From: Opitutaceae bacterium
GTDB lineage: Bacteria > Verrucomicrobiota > Verrucomicrobiia > Opitutales > Coraliomargaritaceae
Assembly: GCA_051252375.1 (NCBI GenBank)
Contig: JBPOFY010000009.1
Coordinates: 69,028 to 133,027 of the forward strand
DNA: 64,000 nucleotides
Direction of reading: 5' to 3'
Below the pieces are notes generated by a model that made no database searches, was not told the origin of the DNA, and was given only the letters and a program-made list of their open reading frames with translations. The translations under genes were made by a program, and so were the position numbers. Below, in pieces: positions 1-8,590 of the stretch (positions are counted from its first letter, which is position 1; each line of letters begins with the position of its first letter).

Positions 1-2
1 GC

Positions 3-1046
3 GGACCACTTGATGCGATGTCGATCAATGAGTTACCTTTGGAATTACCCAGCTACGCGCGTGAGCTGAAGCAGCTTGGTTATGTGACGGGATTCATCGG
101 TAAGTGGCACCTCGCAGGGCAAGGTTCGATTAAGACCAAAGATGGTGTCGTGGATGCCCGTTATCATCCCGATCAATTTGGTTTCGACAGTAATTTAGGT
201 GGGTGTGCATACGGGCAGCCAAAGTCTTGGTTTGATCCGTTTAAGAATGGCACGCTTGAAAATAAAGATAAGGGGCAATACTTGACCGATCGTTTGGCGG
301 ATGAGTCCGTGGCTTTTATTCAGGCAAATAAGGACAAGCTGTTTCACCTCACGCTATGGCCCTACACGGTGCATTCTCCGATCAAGGCGCCACAGGATCT
401 GTATTTGAAAAATGGCAAAGACCATTACCGCGCGATGCTGGAGTGTATGGATAACGCGATCGGTCGCATTCTAGATACCTTAGAGCAGGAAAGCGTCAGT
501 GAGAACACCATGGTTATTTTCTATTCGGATAACGGCGGCTATAAGCCAACCAAGTGGTTGTCCGAAGAAAAGGGTTCGCTCTTGGAGGGTGGCTTACGCG
601 TGCCAATGGCAGTTGTTTGGCCGGGAGTGATTGCTCCGGGCTCTAAGACTGCCGAGCCGATCACGACGATGGATTTCTTCCCAACTTTTGTGCATGCAGC
701 AGGTGGTCAGACGGATAGCATCAAACAGCTAGAAGGGCTCGATTTACGACCACTCTTTGAAGGCGATGAGAAGCTCGATCGCAATGCGCTTTATTGGCAT
801 TACCCGCACAACCGTAAGAATGTGAAATACAATATGGGAGGAGTGATTCTCGCTCGTGATTGGAAATTCTACAACGGTTACGGTGTCGTGCCAGACGCGC
901 TGTTTAATTTGAAAAGCGATCCGATGGAGAAGAAGAATCTGATCCAATCGAATCCGGAACTAGCGGCACGTATGTTGAAAGAGCACGAGGCTTGGCTCAG
1001 TAAAATGGATGCCGAAATGCCTGATTACTCAAAGGTTTCGAAGTAG
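3..1046 (+). CDS. Sulfatase (S1 family), 5'-truncated by the window edge
   Basis: GYVTGFIGKWHL, YSDNGG, KGSLLEGGLRVP and MDFFPT motifs. The frame is open upstream of the ATG at 18 to the window edge, and the CxPxR motif is not in the window. Confidence 0.9.
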   Translation, partial: GPLDAMSINELPLELPSYARELKQLGYVTGFIGKWHLAGQGSIKTKDGVVDARYHPDQFGFDSNLGGCAYGQPKSWFDPFKNGTLENKDKGQYLTDRLADESVAFIQANKDKLFHLTLWPYTVHSPIKAPQDLYLKNGKDHYRAMLECMDNAIGRILDTLEQESVSENTMVIFYSDNGGYKPTKWLSEEKGSLLEGGLRVPMAVVWPGVIAPGSKTAEPITTMDFFPTFVHAAGGQTDSIKQLEGLDLRPLFEGDEKLDRNALYWHYPHNRKNVKYNMGGVILARDWKFYNGYGVVPDALFNLKSDPMEKKNLIQSNPELAARMLKEHEAWLSKMDAEMPDYSKVSK

Positions 1047-1052
1047 TTCAGT

Positions 1053-3512
1053 TTACTTCAATAACCATGTGGATTGATCCAGCCCATCGATCGGCAAATT
1101 GAAGGTTAACTTGTAGGTCTGCGTTGTGGCGTCGAAGTCGGTTTGCCAGAAGTCGTTGCCGTGCACAGATTGATCGAGTGGGAGTTCTTTACCGTCGATG
1201 ATTTGATAGAGCGTGTGACCCTTTGCTGAGGCGAGGCCCTCGAAGCGGATCGGCACGAAGCCGCGGCCGCCTTTAATTTCGACGGTGATTTCCGGCTTAT
1301 CTGCGTTGATGATGATCGGGTAATTGTTGAGTAGGGTGCCGCCGGAGACTTCGACTTTCAGGTCGTTGCCTACGACTTCGCGGTGAATCGTTTTCCACGA
1401 TTCCGGATTGCCTATAAGGTGCGCATGGAAGGCTTCGTTGGGACCATAGTAGTCCTCAGCGTGGCGGGGAAGGGTGATCCACTGTAGGTCCATCTTAACG
1501 TGGTCGCCTTCTTTGTATTTGGCGACTTCGGACGGAGCATGAAGCAGCAGATCGAGATTCACTTGTCCGTCTTCGCGTATCTTGAGCACGGGCATAGAGA
1601 TCGTGGGATTGCTGTGAGTCTTGCCGTCGAAAGTGGCTTCATAGGATCGAATGATGAGCGCCCGACTGCCGGTGCCCCATTTTTGGTCACGTATCGGATA
1701 GCCGCCCGGGAAGCCGATCCACCAAGGACCTTCGCCTTCGAGCGTGAGGTGGTTGACGAAAAGATCGCCGATGCTCAAGCCCGCTGGCACTTTCTTCGAT
1801 TCGATCAAACCTTGGGCATTGCCATAGGCGATCTCTGGAGCGACGGCTCTTGCGGAGCGTCCCATTTTGAAAAGCCAGCCAGCTTGCGCGTCTAAAGTTT
1901 GGTTGAAGTGATACTCCATGTTGAAAAACGTGCGGGCATAATCGTCGGTGCGTAGCGTGCTGACATTTGCGGCGACATCTGCGACGCGGTCTTTGCCATA
2001 GCTGCCATCGTAACGCACATCTGTCAGGCAGGGACCATGCGCGATGTAAGCGGTTTTCATTTCAGAGAAGTAGTGTTTCTCGTTGTCGTCGTTTTCGACA
2101 TGTAGCCAATCGCCGCCCCACGAGGCGTCCGTCCAATTCCACTTGCCGCCCTTGAGTCCATCGCGCGCCATCAACATACGCACATCTGTGATTGGGATGT
2201 CGACACAGCTCATGTCCATATCGAGGCAGATCGTCTCACCCCAGCAACCGATGGAGAGTTGATCCCAGCGACCATTGCCGCCATAGCCGACGAGCGAGAG
2301 CTGTGAGTGACTGGCGGAGGGCAGGGTGCCGTAGAAACCGTAGGCTATGCGAAGTTTGTATTTCGTGGAGCCAGCGTTGGCAGGAATTAGCGCGTAGGCG
2401 CGGAGATAGCTGCCGAGCGATGGCTCATGCCAGTTCTTACTGATCTGGACCGGGATGCCTGTGGGCACTCCGTCAGCGTCGCAAAGAATGGGGCAGAGTC
2501 CGGTAATGTTGGCGACATCGTAAAGGTCCAACAGAAAGGGCACCGTCGTGATGTCTTCATCCGGATTAGTAAGCTCAATATTGAATTCGTCGTAGTTGCG
2601 AATGTCGGTGTAGCCGGTCTTCCAGTCACGCTTTAGTTTTCTGACTTCAGCGACATAGGCGTTGGTTGCTTTGACGAATTGAATCGGGAAGAACTGATCT
2701 TCAGCTGCGCTGATTTTTAATGAAGCACCTGCGTCTGATTTCGCTGGATTGACCAAGTCAACGGCTAGCGAGGCGGCACGTTTGTCAGTAGCTGACCAGT
2801 CTTTTGAGGAATGGTTGATCGCCTTCGCGTAGTTGCCTGCTCCCTCGAATTGAACGCTTAACTTGGCATTTTTCCAGACCGTATCAGCTGTCGGCGAAAG
2901 ACTGGCGGTGAATGTCAGCGATTGAGGCCAGGCTAAGATGTTGAGCGTGCCTTCGCACTCGAGTTTGCGTCCGTCGGCGTCTTCGAAGCGGAGTCTCAGG
3001 AAATCATAGTGTTGTGCGATGCGCCCCGATTCCCACATGCGTGCTTCGTATTTTTGCACAAGCTTATCCGGTTCCCAGTCGCGCGCATCCTCCAAATAGT
3101 TGGGGTCGATGCCGGGACCTTTTTCGCAAGAAACGGCAGTGTAAGTCACACCATCGAGTTCGAGTGAAATATTCAACTGCCCCTTAGCGAGGCCTTCGAT
3201 CCGCTGTGCGCCAGCTTTCAAGGCTTCGCCATAGCTGAGTTGATCGTGCAGCATGCCGAATTGTGGCGCGCTGAGCTCTTCGAGATCGATGCTGAATCCG
3301 TAGTAGCCCGTTTCGATATTCAAAACTGCAGGCGTTTGGTCGCCGGGATTTTTACGTATGCCATTGAGCCAGTAGCCGAAGGTGTAGTCCTGTGCCGATA
3401 GATTGGTTTCGGTCTCTGCTGTCATCGTTGTTGGAAGTGCTAAGTTTGCCAGGATAAGACTGAAGCAAAAGCATAAGCCTTTCAGGGAATTATGGATCAA
3501 TGTTTGTTGCAC
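1053..3512 (-). CDS. Secreted hypothetical protein, 819 aa
   Basis: Long ORF with an N-terminal hydrophobic signal-like segment (GLCFCFSLILANLAL). Rich in Trp/Gly/aromatic residues; no catalytic motif recognised. Confidence 0.8.
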   Translation of the reverse strand: MQQTLIHNSLKGLCFCFSLILANLALPTTMTAETETNLSAQDYTFGYWLNGIRKNPGDQTPAVLNIETGYYGFSIDLEELSAPQFGMLHDQLSYGEALKAGAQRIEGLAKGQLNISLELDGVTYTAVSCEKGPGIDPNYLEDARDWEPDKLVQKYEARMWESGRIAQHYDFLRLRFEDADGRKLECEGTLNILAWPQSLTFTASLSPTADTVWKNAKLSVQFEGAGNYAKAINHSSKDWSATDKRAASLAVDLVNPAKSDAGASLKISAAEDQFFPIQFVKATNAYVAEVRKLKRDWKTGYTDIRNYDEFNIELTNPDEDITTVPFLLDLYDVANITGLCPILCDADGVPTGIPVQISKNWHEPSLGSYLRAYALIPANAGSTKYKLRIAYGFYGTLPSASHSQLSLVGYGGNGRWDQLSIGCWGETICLDMDMSCVDIPITDVRMLMARDGLKGGKWNWTDASWGGDWLHVENDDNEKHYFSEMKTAYIAHGPCLTDVRYDGSYGKDRVADVAANVSTLRTDDYARTFFNMEYHFNQTLDAQAGWLFKMGRSARAVAPEIAYGNAQGLIESKKVPAGLSIGDLFVNHLTLEGEGPWWIGFPGGYPIRDQKWGTGSRALIIRSYEATFDGKTHSNPTISMPVLKIREDGQVNLDLLLHAPSEVAKYKEGDHVKMDLQWITLPRHAEDYYGPNEAFHAHLIGNPESWKTIHREVVGNDLKVEVSGGTLLNNYPIIINADKPEITVEIKGGRGFVPIRFEGLASAKGHTLYQIIDGKELPLDQSVHGNDFWQTDFDATTQTYKLTFNLPIDGLDQSTWLLK

Positions 3513-3528
3513 GTGTGGTAGAGGTTTT

Positions 3529-3599
3529 GGTAGGGACGCCTGCCCTCAGACGTCCGTCAGCGTGTGGAGGATTCGGACGCCTAGAGGCACGTCCCTACC
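3529..3599. repeat. GTAG-type REP doublet (REPIN-like), copy 1, degenerate
   Basis: GGTAGGGACGCCTGCCCTCAGACGTCC ... GGACGCCTAGAGGCACGTCCCTACC: an inverted pair matching the copies at 8495 and 15534. Confidence 0.85.
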
Positions 3600-3634
3600 A
3601 TTGTTTTTATTAAATCAATTTTGCTTAGAGGTGA

Positions 3635-4276
3635 TTAATGCGATAAACGCTTGAGCGCAATCGACCGGAACTGAATGTCGGCTAATTCTAGTTGCAGCGC
3701 GATAAACCCAGAGCTTGCCGTGGCATGTTCGCCCTGATTGACGAGTTGGTCGTTGATATAGACCACCACGTTATCTCCGTCAGCGATCACGCGTAGTGCG
3801 TTCCATTCGCCGATAGGCTTTTCAGCGTCGGTTATGAGGCGCTGGATAAATGGTTTCTTGGTGGTTCTTTCTGGTTCCACCTCGATGGTCTCGCCGTTTT
3901 TACGGAAGTTGCCGGCTTTGCCGTGCATGAGTTGCACTTCGAGGCATTTCGGCCAGGCGGCGGTGCTGACTTCTGGATCGCAGTGCAGCATCAGTCCTCC
4001 ATTGCCCGGATCATTGGGCCAGCGCCATTCGAGGCTTAGCTCATAGTCGGCATAGACCTCCTTGGTGCGGATGATCCCCTTTGGATGCCCCTTGCCATAA
4101 AGGGTGAGGGTGCCGTCTTGAATGGCTACTAGTTGATCAACGGGGACGCTGTCGTCTGCCATCACCAGTTTCCATGCGGAGAAGTCCTTGCCGTCGGAAT
4201 GCGTGGTGCTTTGGGACTGTGCAATCGATGTAAAAAATAGACTGAGCGTGAATAGGCGGAGGAAGGACTGTTTCAT
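3635..4276 (-). CDS. DUF1080 (3-keto-disaccharide hydrolase-like) secreted protein
   Basis: DGKDFSAW, YADYELSLEWRW, GNGGL, LEVQL, GEWN and GFIALQ..IQFRSI motifs. A signal peptide follows the Met at 4276 (alternative start 4303). Confidence 0.85.
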   Translation of the reverse strand: MKQSFLRLFTLSLFFTSIAQSQSTTHSDGKDFSAWKLVMADDSVPVDQLVAIQDGTLTLYGKGHPKGIIRTKEVYADYELSLEWRWPNDPGNGGLMLHCDPEVSTAAWPKCLEVQLMHGKAGNFRKNGETIEVEPERTTKKPFIQRLITDAEKPIGEWNALRVIADGDNVVVYINDQLVNQGEHATASSGFIALQLELADIQFRSIALKRLSH

Positions 4277-4336
4277 CGGTCTGATTAAGTCTGCGGCAGG
4301 CATGGATACAATGGAAATAGGTTTTTTATGAAAAAC

Positions 4337-4375
4337 TTCTAATAAACTGTAATTAGCAGCGTCTACACATTAGAA
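4337..4375 (+). promoter_or_regulatory. Candidate ECF-type promoter upstream of the sigma gene
   Basis: TTCTAAT at 4337, a CGTCTA -10-like element at 4360, and the inverse ATTAGAA at 4369-4375. Confidence 0.4.
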
Positions 4376-4430
4376 CATGATGCATTCCAATGGTTAAACT
4401 CCCAAACTGTCCCCAAACAGTCAGCTACCT

Positions 4431-4979
4431 GTGAAACCCACTATCACAGAATCGGCTGCTGAGAAGAACGTCGGCAAACCTGCGCTCGTCGATCTCTTTC
4501 ATGCCTTGGAATCGCCTCTGTTAGGATTTTCATATCAGATGGTTAAAAACGAACAATGCGCACAAGATATCGTGCAAGAAGCCTTCATGCGTTTGCAGAC
4601 ACGGCTTGATGAGGTGGACCAGCCCAAGGCTTGGTTATACACCACGGTCCGTCGCCTCGCGATCGACTACATTCGCAAGGCACAGAAAGTGGTGCCTTTT
4701 ATTCGAGACGCGGATTCAGTGGAGGTCGAGCCCGTCGACCCCGAACTTAGACCTGACGAGTGGGCGGATGCCGACGAACGCACTGGCTTAATGCGGGTGT
4801 GCATCGAGCGATTAAAGCCAAAAGAACAGGCTTTGGTGCGAATGAAATTCATCGAAAATTTATCTTACAAGGAGATTTCCCAGCGCATGCAGATGACTGT
4901 CAGCAATGTGGGCTACAGCCTGCACCATGCGCTTAAAGCATTGGAAATTGAACTCAACAAGGAGGGCATTGCGCAATGA
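4431..4979 (+). CDS. ECF RNA polymerase sigma factor
   Basis: Region 2 (AQDIVQEAFMRL, KAWLYTTVRRLAIDYIRK) and region 4 (LSYKEISQRMQMTVSNVGYSLHHALKAL). ATGA overlap with the next gene. Confidence 0.93.
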   Translation: MKPTITESAAEKNVGKPALVDLFHALESPLLGFSYQMVKNEQCAQDIVQEAFMRLQTRLDEVDQPKAWLYTTVRRLAIDYIRKAQKVVPFIRDADSVEVEPVDPELRPDEWADADERTGLMRVCIERLKPKEQALVRMKFIENLSYKEISQRMQMTVSNVGYSLHHALKALEIELNKEGIAQ

Positions 4980-7900
4980 GTGATACAGACCCCAGAAGTT
5001 TGAGAGAGGAATTGGAGATACGCGTTGTTGCGCTCCTTACTGGCGAGATCAGTGAGGCGGATGCCGACGAGCTCGAAAAGATCCTCAGTGTGGATGAAGA
5101 GCTGGCTGCTTATCGCGATCGTATGGCGGAACTGATCGGCGACGTGCATACCGCACGTGAAGAGATCTCGCCGAAACATCCAGACATGCGTTTAAGTGAC
5201 GAACGTCGTGAAGAGTTGCTAGGATCATTTGCTACTGTTGAGCCGAATGAGATTCAGCAGGAGACAGAACGAAAGGTTGATTGGAAACGTCGTTTACTTG
5301 GTTTAGCGGCTTTGTTGACGGTGTCCTTCATCATCTTCTCGATGTCGATCCCCGCATTTCAGAAAGTGCGCTCTTCTGCGCCACGTGAATATGCGATGAG
5401 TGAAAGTAATTTCGAAGTTCCCAGTGACGAAGCCAAAGATGGCTATGGAGAATTTGGTGACAAAATGCTGGGTGATGTTCCCGCAACGGGCAGACTCTTT
5501 CGCAGTGATGATCAATCACAAGTGAGCGAGCCCTCGGAGACTGTTCATTATTTTGGCTTACAGACAGCAATCCCAGAGGAACTCATCGAAGGCACGCCGC
5601 AACCAGTTGTAGTGAATAAGCCCGCTCGTGTTGCATCGGAAAAAGAGATGCGGTCTCTACATTTTAAATCCGATAACTATGCCAGTTATAGTGGTGTTGC
5701 TGGTTCAGCAGTCGCAGTTGATGAAGCCGAGTTTGAAGAGCATTTAGATGTCGCACCTGCTAGCGGTGGGACTGTTATGCGTCTTTCAGGCTTTCGTGAT
5801 AATGTTGGCAGCAATGCCTCTGGTCCTGTCGATCCATTTGCAGCACCTGCATCAAGCTCACGATCTAATCGTGCCGAAGAGGAAGCTCTTCAACAGATCG
5901 CTGGAAAAATTACTACTAAAGGTGTTTCTTCTGGGATTGTGAATGACGACTTTCTGTCGCTCGAAGGACGTGACTCTGATGCGCTCGTTTCATCTTATGC
6001 AGTTGATCAGGTAGAGGTTGACTGGGCGTGGGCTGCTGCACCACAGGGACAGACGGAGCCATCCAGTCGTTCGCGATATGCTAATGCGAATGCTACGGCG
6101 GACAGAAACTCAGGCGAAGTCGAAGCGAAGTCTTTAGAAGTGGCGCAAATGGATTATGATTCAGAGGACTTTGGTTGGTCATCGGAATCCGACGAGCTTC
6201 GCCGTGGATCAAGCGCTGTTATGGGACGTTTCTCCCAAGGGGCCGACGTGCGGCCAGCAGCGCCAGCGCCGGTTCCTGTTCAAGTAGCATCCGGATCAAT
6301 GAACGGAGCCTTTGGTGGTGGAGGCGTTCAAATGGGCGAAAGCTTAGGTTGGGACGATGGAGCTGATGGCGTTGAATTGTGGGGTGGGCGGTCGACTGAT
6401 AAGAAGCAGAACAAAGATGCCTCGAATTCTGCTTTGGCAACAGTTTCAGAGACACAAGCCACTGCCGATGCATATGCCCCGCCTAGTTCTCCAAGCACTT
6501 ATGCCTCCTACTCATCATCCGTCGACCCAATTGCCGCGGGAACCGCTAGGGAGAATGCACCCGCCGATTTTTTCGCAGCACCAGGGAACGCAGCGAAGAA
6601 GGCTCCAGCAAAGGCGAAGTCAGCCGCAGTCTTAGGTTACAAGACTCGCGAGAATATTCTGGAAGAGGTCGATACATCATGGGAACGCCCGGAGGTCTTT
6701 GATGTTGAGCCTGAAATGCAGAGTCGAGTTATGGCAAGTCCTGCTTACCATCGACCTACTACAGAGCAGCGCATGAAGCAGATTGTGATTCCACAAGTGA
6801 ACTTCAGGGGACTGCCTCTCAGCCGCGTGGTTGAAACCCTGAGTGAACTCTCTTCTGAATATGATATGCAGCAGGAGGGTATCGCAATGACGTATAAACC
6901 AGTGGATGGATATGATCCCAAAGTTAACATTTCACTTCGTAATTTGAGCTTGGATCGGATCCTTGAATTCGTCACTGCACAAGTGAACTACAGCTACGAC
7001 GTTACCGGCGATAAGATCGTTGTTCAGTCCCGCTCAGATACAGTCGAGGAACAAACCGCCATCGCTCGCAGCAAGAACGTTCGTCAGACACCGAAGGCTG
7101 AAAAGCAAACACGAGACGCGCCGACTTCGACCTTCTCGCTCAATGTCAGCGATGTCTCCTTTAAGATGGCGCAGGCGGCATTGAGTAACTCGCGTGTTCC
7201 AGTTCAGAGCGCAATTCGTAGCGAAGAGTTTGTGAACAGTTTTGATTATGGTGATCCCGCGCCTCGTGGTGATGAGCCTGTTGCGTTCAATTGGGAAATT
7301 GCCAAGCACCCATATGCGCATGGACGTCACATCGTGCGTTTCTCCTTAGAGACACAGGCAGCAGGGCGTTCTGCCTCACAGCCGTTGAATATCAATCTCC
7401 TGGTTGACAATTCTGGATCGATGCAGCGTCCAGATCGTCGTGCGATTCTGGAGAAGAGTCTCGAATCTTTAGGCGAAAAACTCACAGAACAGGATCAGCT
7501 CAACGTCATCCTCTTTGCACGTCAGCCTAAGCTGATCGCGAATGCCAGCACCGTGGCCAGTCAACAAATTGCAATCCATGACACCTTGGCTTACAAGCCG
7601 GAGGGCGGCACAAACCTGGAGGCGGCACTTGATGCGGCTTATGCCAATGCACATGCCAACTACAATCCAGAGGCTAGCAATCGCCTGATCCTTATGACCG
7701 ATGGCGCTGCCAATCTCGGCGATGTCGATCCGACCGCACTGGCTGCAAAGGTCATCGAACAGCGCAAACAGGGCATCGCGCTCGATGCTTATGGTATCGG
7801 TTGGGAGGATTACAACGACGCCTTGCTCGAAGAGATCACTCGCAATGGTGATGGTCGTTACGCCTTCCTCAATTCTGTAGAAGATGCTTCGAAAGATTTC

Positions 7901-8437
7901 AGCGAGAAGCTCGCGGGTTCGCTCCGTGTCGCTGCCGCCGATGTGAAGGTGCAGATCATCTGGAACACCGAGCGCGTGACTGCATATCGCCAAGTCGGTT
8001 ACGATTTACATCAGCTCAAAAAAGAAGACTTCCGCGACAACACAGTCGACGCTGCTGAAATCGGCGAAGCCGAAGCTGGCACCGCGCTCTATGTATTGAA
8101 AATCAACGAAGATCCCGATCTCGTCGAGCCGCTGGGCACATTGAGCGTTCGTTATCGCGTGCCAGCGACAGGCAAATACCTCGAGCGCAGTTGGCCTTTG
8201 AATATGCCACGCAGCATTCCAGGACTGGAGTCTGCAAGCCCCGCGCTGAAGTTGGCTGCGAGCAGTGCGTTCTTCGCCGAACGTTTAGCCGAGAATCCCT
8301 ATGCTCGGGACTATTCGCTCAGCGATCTCTCTGCATTGACTGCGGACTTACCCGAAGCCTTCCCGACGCAACCGCGCGTCGTGGAGTTACAAAACATGAT
8401 CAACAGCGCCCGTATCCTTTTGGGCGACACGAAGTAA
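4976..8437 (+). CDS. Anti-sigma-like membrane protein with C-terminal YfbK-type vWA/DUF3520 region
   Basis: N-terminal anti-sigma-like helices (VALLTGEISEADADELEKIL), one TM, a long low-complexity linker, STFSLNVSDVSF...IRSEEFVNSFDY, MIDAS LVDNSGSM, GGTNLEAAL, LMTDGAANLG and AADVKVQ...DFRDNTVDAAEI. Confidence 0.88.
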   Translation: MSDTDPRSLREELEIRVVALLTGEISEADADELEKILSVDEELAAYRDRMAELIGDVHTAREEISPKHPDMRLSDERREELLGSFATVEPNEIQQETERKVDWKRRLLGLAALLTVSFIIFSMSIPAFQKVRSSAPREYAMSESNFEVPSDEAKDGYGEFGDKMLGDVPATGRLFRSDDQSQVSEPSETVHYFGLQTAIPEELIEGTPQPVVVNKPARVASEKEMRSLHFKSDNYASYSGVAGSAVAVDEAEFEEHLDVAPASGGTVMRLSGFRDNVGSNASGPVDPFAAPASSSRSNRAEEEALQQIAGKITTKGVSSGIVNDDFLSLEGRDSDALVSSYAVDQVEVDWAWAAAPQGQTEPSSRSRYANANATADRNSGEVEAKSLEVAQMDYDSEDFGWSSESDELRRGSSAVMGRFSQGADVRPAAPAPVPVQVASGSMNGAFGGGGVQMGESLGWDDGADGVELWGGRSTDKKQNKDASNSALATVSETQATADAYAPPSSPSTYASYSSSVDPIAAGTARENAPADFFAAPGNAAKKAPAKAKSAAVLGYKTRENILEEVDTSWERPEVFDVEPEMQSRVMASPAYHRPTTEQRMKQIVIPQVNFRGLPLSRVVETLSELSSEYDMQQEGIAMTYKPVDGYDPKVNISLRNLSLDRILEFVTAQVNYSYDVTGDKIVVQSRSDTVEEQTAIARSKNVRQTPKAEKQTRDAPTSTFSLNVSDVSFKMAQAALSNSRVPVQSAIRSEEFVNSFDYGDPAPRGDEPVAFNWEIAKHPYAHGRHIVRFSLETQAAGRSASQPLNINLLVDNSGSMQRPDRRAILEKSLESLGEKLTEQDQLNVILFARQPKLIANASTVASQQIAIHDTLAYKPEGGTNLEAALDAAYANAHANYNPEASNRLILMTDGAANLGDVDPTALAAKVIEQRKQGIALDAYGIGWEDYNDALLEEITRNGDGRYAFLNSVEDASKDFSEKLAGSLRVAAADVKVQIIWNTERVTAYRQVGYDLHQLKKEDFRDNTVDAAEIGEAEAGTALYVLKINEDPDLVEPLGTLSVRYRVPATGKYLERSWPLNMPRSIPGLESASPALKLAASSAFFAERLAENPYARDYSLSDLSALTADLPEAFPTQPRVVELQNMINSARILLGDTK

Positions 8438-8494
8438 GCGCGTAGGGGCTAAAGAAATACATTTAAACAAACCAAACTATTTACTGACGCCAAA

Positions 8495-8568
8495 GGTAGG
8501 GACGCCTGCCCTCAGGCGTCCGAGACCGAAGAAAATATAGCGGACGCCTAGGGGCAGGCGTCCCTACC
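8495..8568. repeat. GTAG-type REP doublet, copy 2
   Basis: GGTAGGGACGCCTGCCCTCAGGCGTCCG, an 18 nt spacer, then CGGACGCCTAGGGGCAGGCGTCCCTACC. Confidence 0.92.
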
Positions 8569-8590
8569 AACAAAGCCACCACACATCATT

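Noticed and set aside
4390..4434. 14-codon uORF overlapping the sigma start (GTGA)
   Set aside because: Too short, with no leader-peptide signature; cannot be distinguished from chance.
5400..6630. Ala/Ser/Asp-rich stretch in the vWA gene as a tandem repeat
   Set aside because: Only short recurring words (VDPFAAP, VDPIAA, DFFAAP); no regular DNA periodicity, so treated as a disordered linker.
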